Of a DNA stretch of 19,108 bases, positions 17,008 to 19,108 are shown piece after piece. The notes beneath the pieces are model-generated. The model was not told where the DNA came from and made no database searches. It saw only the letters and a program-made list of their open reading frames with translations. Source of the stretch: Tolypothrix carrinoi HA7290-LM1. GTDB lineage: Bacteria; Cyanobacteriota; Cyanobacteriia; Cyanobacteriales; Nostocaceae. Position numbers and translations under genes: made by a program. The stretch is from positions 1 through 19,108 of the forward strand of contig JAHHIK010000138.1 of assembly GCA_019358935.1 (NCBI GenBank), read 5' to 3'. The stretch's first letter is position 1; each line of letters opens with the position of its first letter.

Positions 17008-17742
17008 TTAATAACGCGACAGAGGACGAGAAACAACAGCCTTGCGCGGCGGATCGTAAAATAAATCCGGTCGAGTCCGCCAAATAAACGAAAGAGCTAC
17101 TACGGTAATCGCTGCCTCACCAATACCGATTAGTATGTGCCATGATGCCATCGCAGCCAAAGCCACAGTTAACGGAACTGTTCCAGATATAGCTAGTTGT
17201 ACAGCACATACAACAGAGGCAACCATTACACTTGTCCAAGCTGCAACAGAGGAAGCAATTACCATTCCTGACAATTTATTGCCACCTATGGCAAACCGAA
17301 TTGCTTTGTATAGATAATAACCACCAAATGTGCCAATCAACCCCATATTAAAAATGTTGGCGCCCAGCACAGTCAAGCCGCCATCTTGGAATATTACACT
17401 TTGGACGATAAACACCGCCACCATCACCAAAGAGCCAGCCCACGGACCCAACAAAGCACCTGCCAGGGTTCCACCTAAAAGGTGTCCGGAAGTGCCTCCA
17501 GGAATAGGGAAATTTATCATTTGAGCCGCAAAGATAAAAGCCCCACATACACCCATTAGAGGTACAGCTCGTTCTTGGTATTCTGCCTGCGCTTTGTTAA
17601 GCGCGAGTGCAATTAAAGCGATCGCAATTACCCATGTCACAGCGATAATAGGTAAATTCAGAAAGCCATCGGGGATGTGCAGGGCTAACTGCGGCTGAGT
17701 TATCCAGTGCAGCCAGCTTGAATATGTAATAAAAGCAAACAC
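17008..17742 (-). CDS. Ni/Co ECF transporter substrate component (NikM/CbiM family)
   Basis: HIPDGFL, FAAQMINFP..GGTSGHLLGG, DGGLTVLGAN, HILIGIGE. Start codon uncertain. Confidence 0.9.
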   Translation of the reverse strand: MFAFITYSSWLHWITQPQLALHIPDGFLNLPIIAVTWVIAIALIALALNKAQAEYQERAVPLMGVCGAFIFAAQMINFPIPGGTSGHLLGGTLAGALLGPWAGSLVMVAVFIVQSVIFQDGGLTVLGANIFNMGLIGTFGGYYLYKAIRFAIGGNKLSGMVIASSVAAWTSVMVASVVCAVQLAISGTVPLTVALAAMASWHILIGIGEAAITVVALSFIWRTRPDLFYDPPRKAVVSRPLSRY

Positions 17743-17949
17743 AATTATTTCCGTAATCTAAAGACTTTTTTAGTCAGGTTAAGCAATATACGCAACATTC
17801 GACATTAACTGAGAATTTCCCCATAATTCAATCCTATGGGGGGGCATTTTTACTTAAGTGGGGGATGGGGAGAGTTCTTGGGATGGGGGGAGACAAGGGA
17901 GACAAGGGAGATGGGGAAGACAACGAAGACGAGGAGGTAAACTCAAGAA

Positions 17950-17986
17950 TGCAAAGTGCAAAGTGCAAAGTGCAAAGTGCAAAGTG
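17950..17986. repeat. STRR tract (TGCAAAG)5
   Basis: Five perfect 7-mers directly before the 61-bp array. Confidence 0.9.
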
Positions 17987-18230
17987 CCCCAAGTCCTGTG
18001 GACACGTTCCACGGGCGGGGGGGAAAATACGCACTCGCGCTCGTCCTACCCAAGTCCTGTGGACACGTTCCACGGGCGGGGGGGAAAATACGCACTCGCG
18101 CTCGTCCTCCCCAAGTCCTGTGGACACGTTCCACGGGCGGGGGGGAAAATACGCACTCGCGCTCGTCCTCCCCAAGTCCTGTGGACACGTTCCACGGGCG
18201 GGGGGGAAAATACGCACTCGCGCTCGTCCT
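17987..18230. repeat. Tandem array of 4 x 61-bp GC-rich units without spacers
   Basis: Units at 17987, 18048, 18109 and 18170; a single difference (A at 18048); internal hairpin CCTGTGGA-CACGT-TCCACGGG. Confidence 0.95.
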
Positions 18231-18352
18231 CCCCTTGTCCCCTTGTCTCCCCATCTTCCCATCTCCCCCTCTAGGGATTGACCGGAAAACTGATAAAAAT
18301 TACAGAATCAATGGGTATTATTATTTGGGTTTAAGTAAGTGGTGGGGTATTA

Positions 18353-18829
18353 ATGTTGGTTCGGCGTAAACATATCGTTATTATTCCTGTTGGTCTGAGC
18401 ATCGCTTTGTTGCTCAGTGGTTGCGATAACAGCAAAGTTGCTCAGTGCGATCGCCTGATATCCGCTGTTAGTGAAGGAAATGCTCTGATTGAGAAAAATA
18501 AAGGTCAGCAGGTGACAACCAGTTTGAAACTCGCGTCCGATCTCGAAGCTGTCACCAAATCGCTCAAGCAAATGAACCTACCAGACCCCGAACTGAAAAA
18601 ATATCAAGACAAATTTGTGAAAGTGTTTGACACTCTCGGCAAACAGATAACCAAAGCAGGTAAAGCTCTTGGTTCAGCTAAAACAGCACAAGCTTCAGAA
18701 TCTGGTAGAGAAAAAATACAAAAAGCCAGAACAGATATCGATACCGCATTGACATCCGCCGCAACCACAGCTAAACAGTCTGATGCTTTAGAAGCTGAAG
18801 TGAAAAAGTACTGTAGCCAACCGGAGTAA
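18353..18829 (+). CDS. Hypothetical alpha-helical lipoprotein
   Basis: Basic N-terminus, hydrophobic stretch, lipobox LSGC, and two further Cys near the ends of a helical body. Confidence 0.8.
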   Translation: MLVRRKHIVIIPVGLSIALLLSGCDNSKVAQCDRLISAVSEGNALIEKNKGQQVTTSLKLASDLEAVTKSLKQMNLPDPELKKYQDKFVKVFDTLGKQITKAGKALGSAKTAQASESGREKIQKARTDIDTALTSAATTAKQSDALEAEVKKYCSQPE

Positions 18830-18838
18830 TTTATCTAG

Positions 18839-18984
18839 TTGACATCCTCCCCATGCCCTACGGTGTGGGGATTCCAAGAATCACTTCTTAGATTTTCTGC
18901 TTCTGCGAGTCGGCTTACTTAGAGGAGTTTCCCCACCTAAGCTCTTGTCGTTCTCATCCATAGACGTTGACGTTCCGGTGTGCC
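18839..18984 (-). mobile_element. IS200/IS605-family right end with tnpB 3' tail and omegaRNA-like region
   Basis: Minus strand encodes GHTGT...DKSLGGETPLSKPTRRSRKSKK* and ends GAATCCCC-hairpin-GGGGAGGATGTCAA. Confidence 0.8.
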
Positions 18985-19108
18985 GCTCGGTTAAACTTAC
19001 CCAAAACTACCCAGGTCTAGACTTAACTGGACAAATGTAGCTTTGGCGTTAACTTCCTGTTTCATCGCGGTCTTAGAATGACTTCTAAGAGGTTTATCCG
19101 CTCCGCAG
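18983..19108 (-). mobile_element. Right end of a probable IS607-family element with tnpB C-terminal coding sequence (partial)
   Basis: Open frame 19107-18997 CGADKPL...AMKQEVN...QLSLDLGSFG*, followed by GTTTAACCGAGCGG ending in GG. Confidence 0.65.

Noticed and set aside
17987..18230. CRISPR array
   Set aside because: Units are identical end to end with no variable spacers, and there are no cas genes in the window.
17834..18369. Five overlapping ORFs of 103-142 aa
   Set aside because: They are translations of the stop-poor 7-mer and 61-bp repeats in several frames.

Overview
Chromosomal window from a filamentous cyanobacterium, probably Nostocales (about 25 HIP1 GCGATCGC octamers by eye, many 7-nt STRR tracts). 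Left to right: a truncated-looking SxxK serine hydrolase; a divergent caspase-like (C14) protease fused to a STAND NTPase with no sensor domain; a pentapeptide-repeat protein; a minus-strand metal module (Tat-exported two-domain multicopper oxidase, HhH/helical lipoprotein, ferritin-like protein, FTR1 permease, MOSC protein); convergent cbiMNQO and nikMNQO-type ECF operons separated by an AT-rich RHH/DUF6888/DUF6887-like cassette; a lipoprotein; and an IS605-type tnpB right end apparently interrupted by an IS607-type element. Small mobile DNA is dense: two MITEs with 5-bp target duplications, three self-nested pairs of a 45-nt structured element with compensatory base changes (one pair in frame inside the STAND gene), and a 4 x 61-bp tandem array. 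All calls come from reading motifs by eye; no searches were run.
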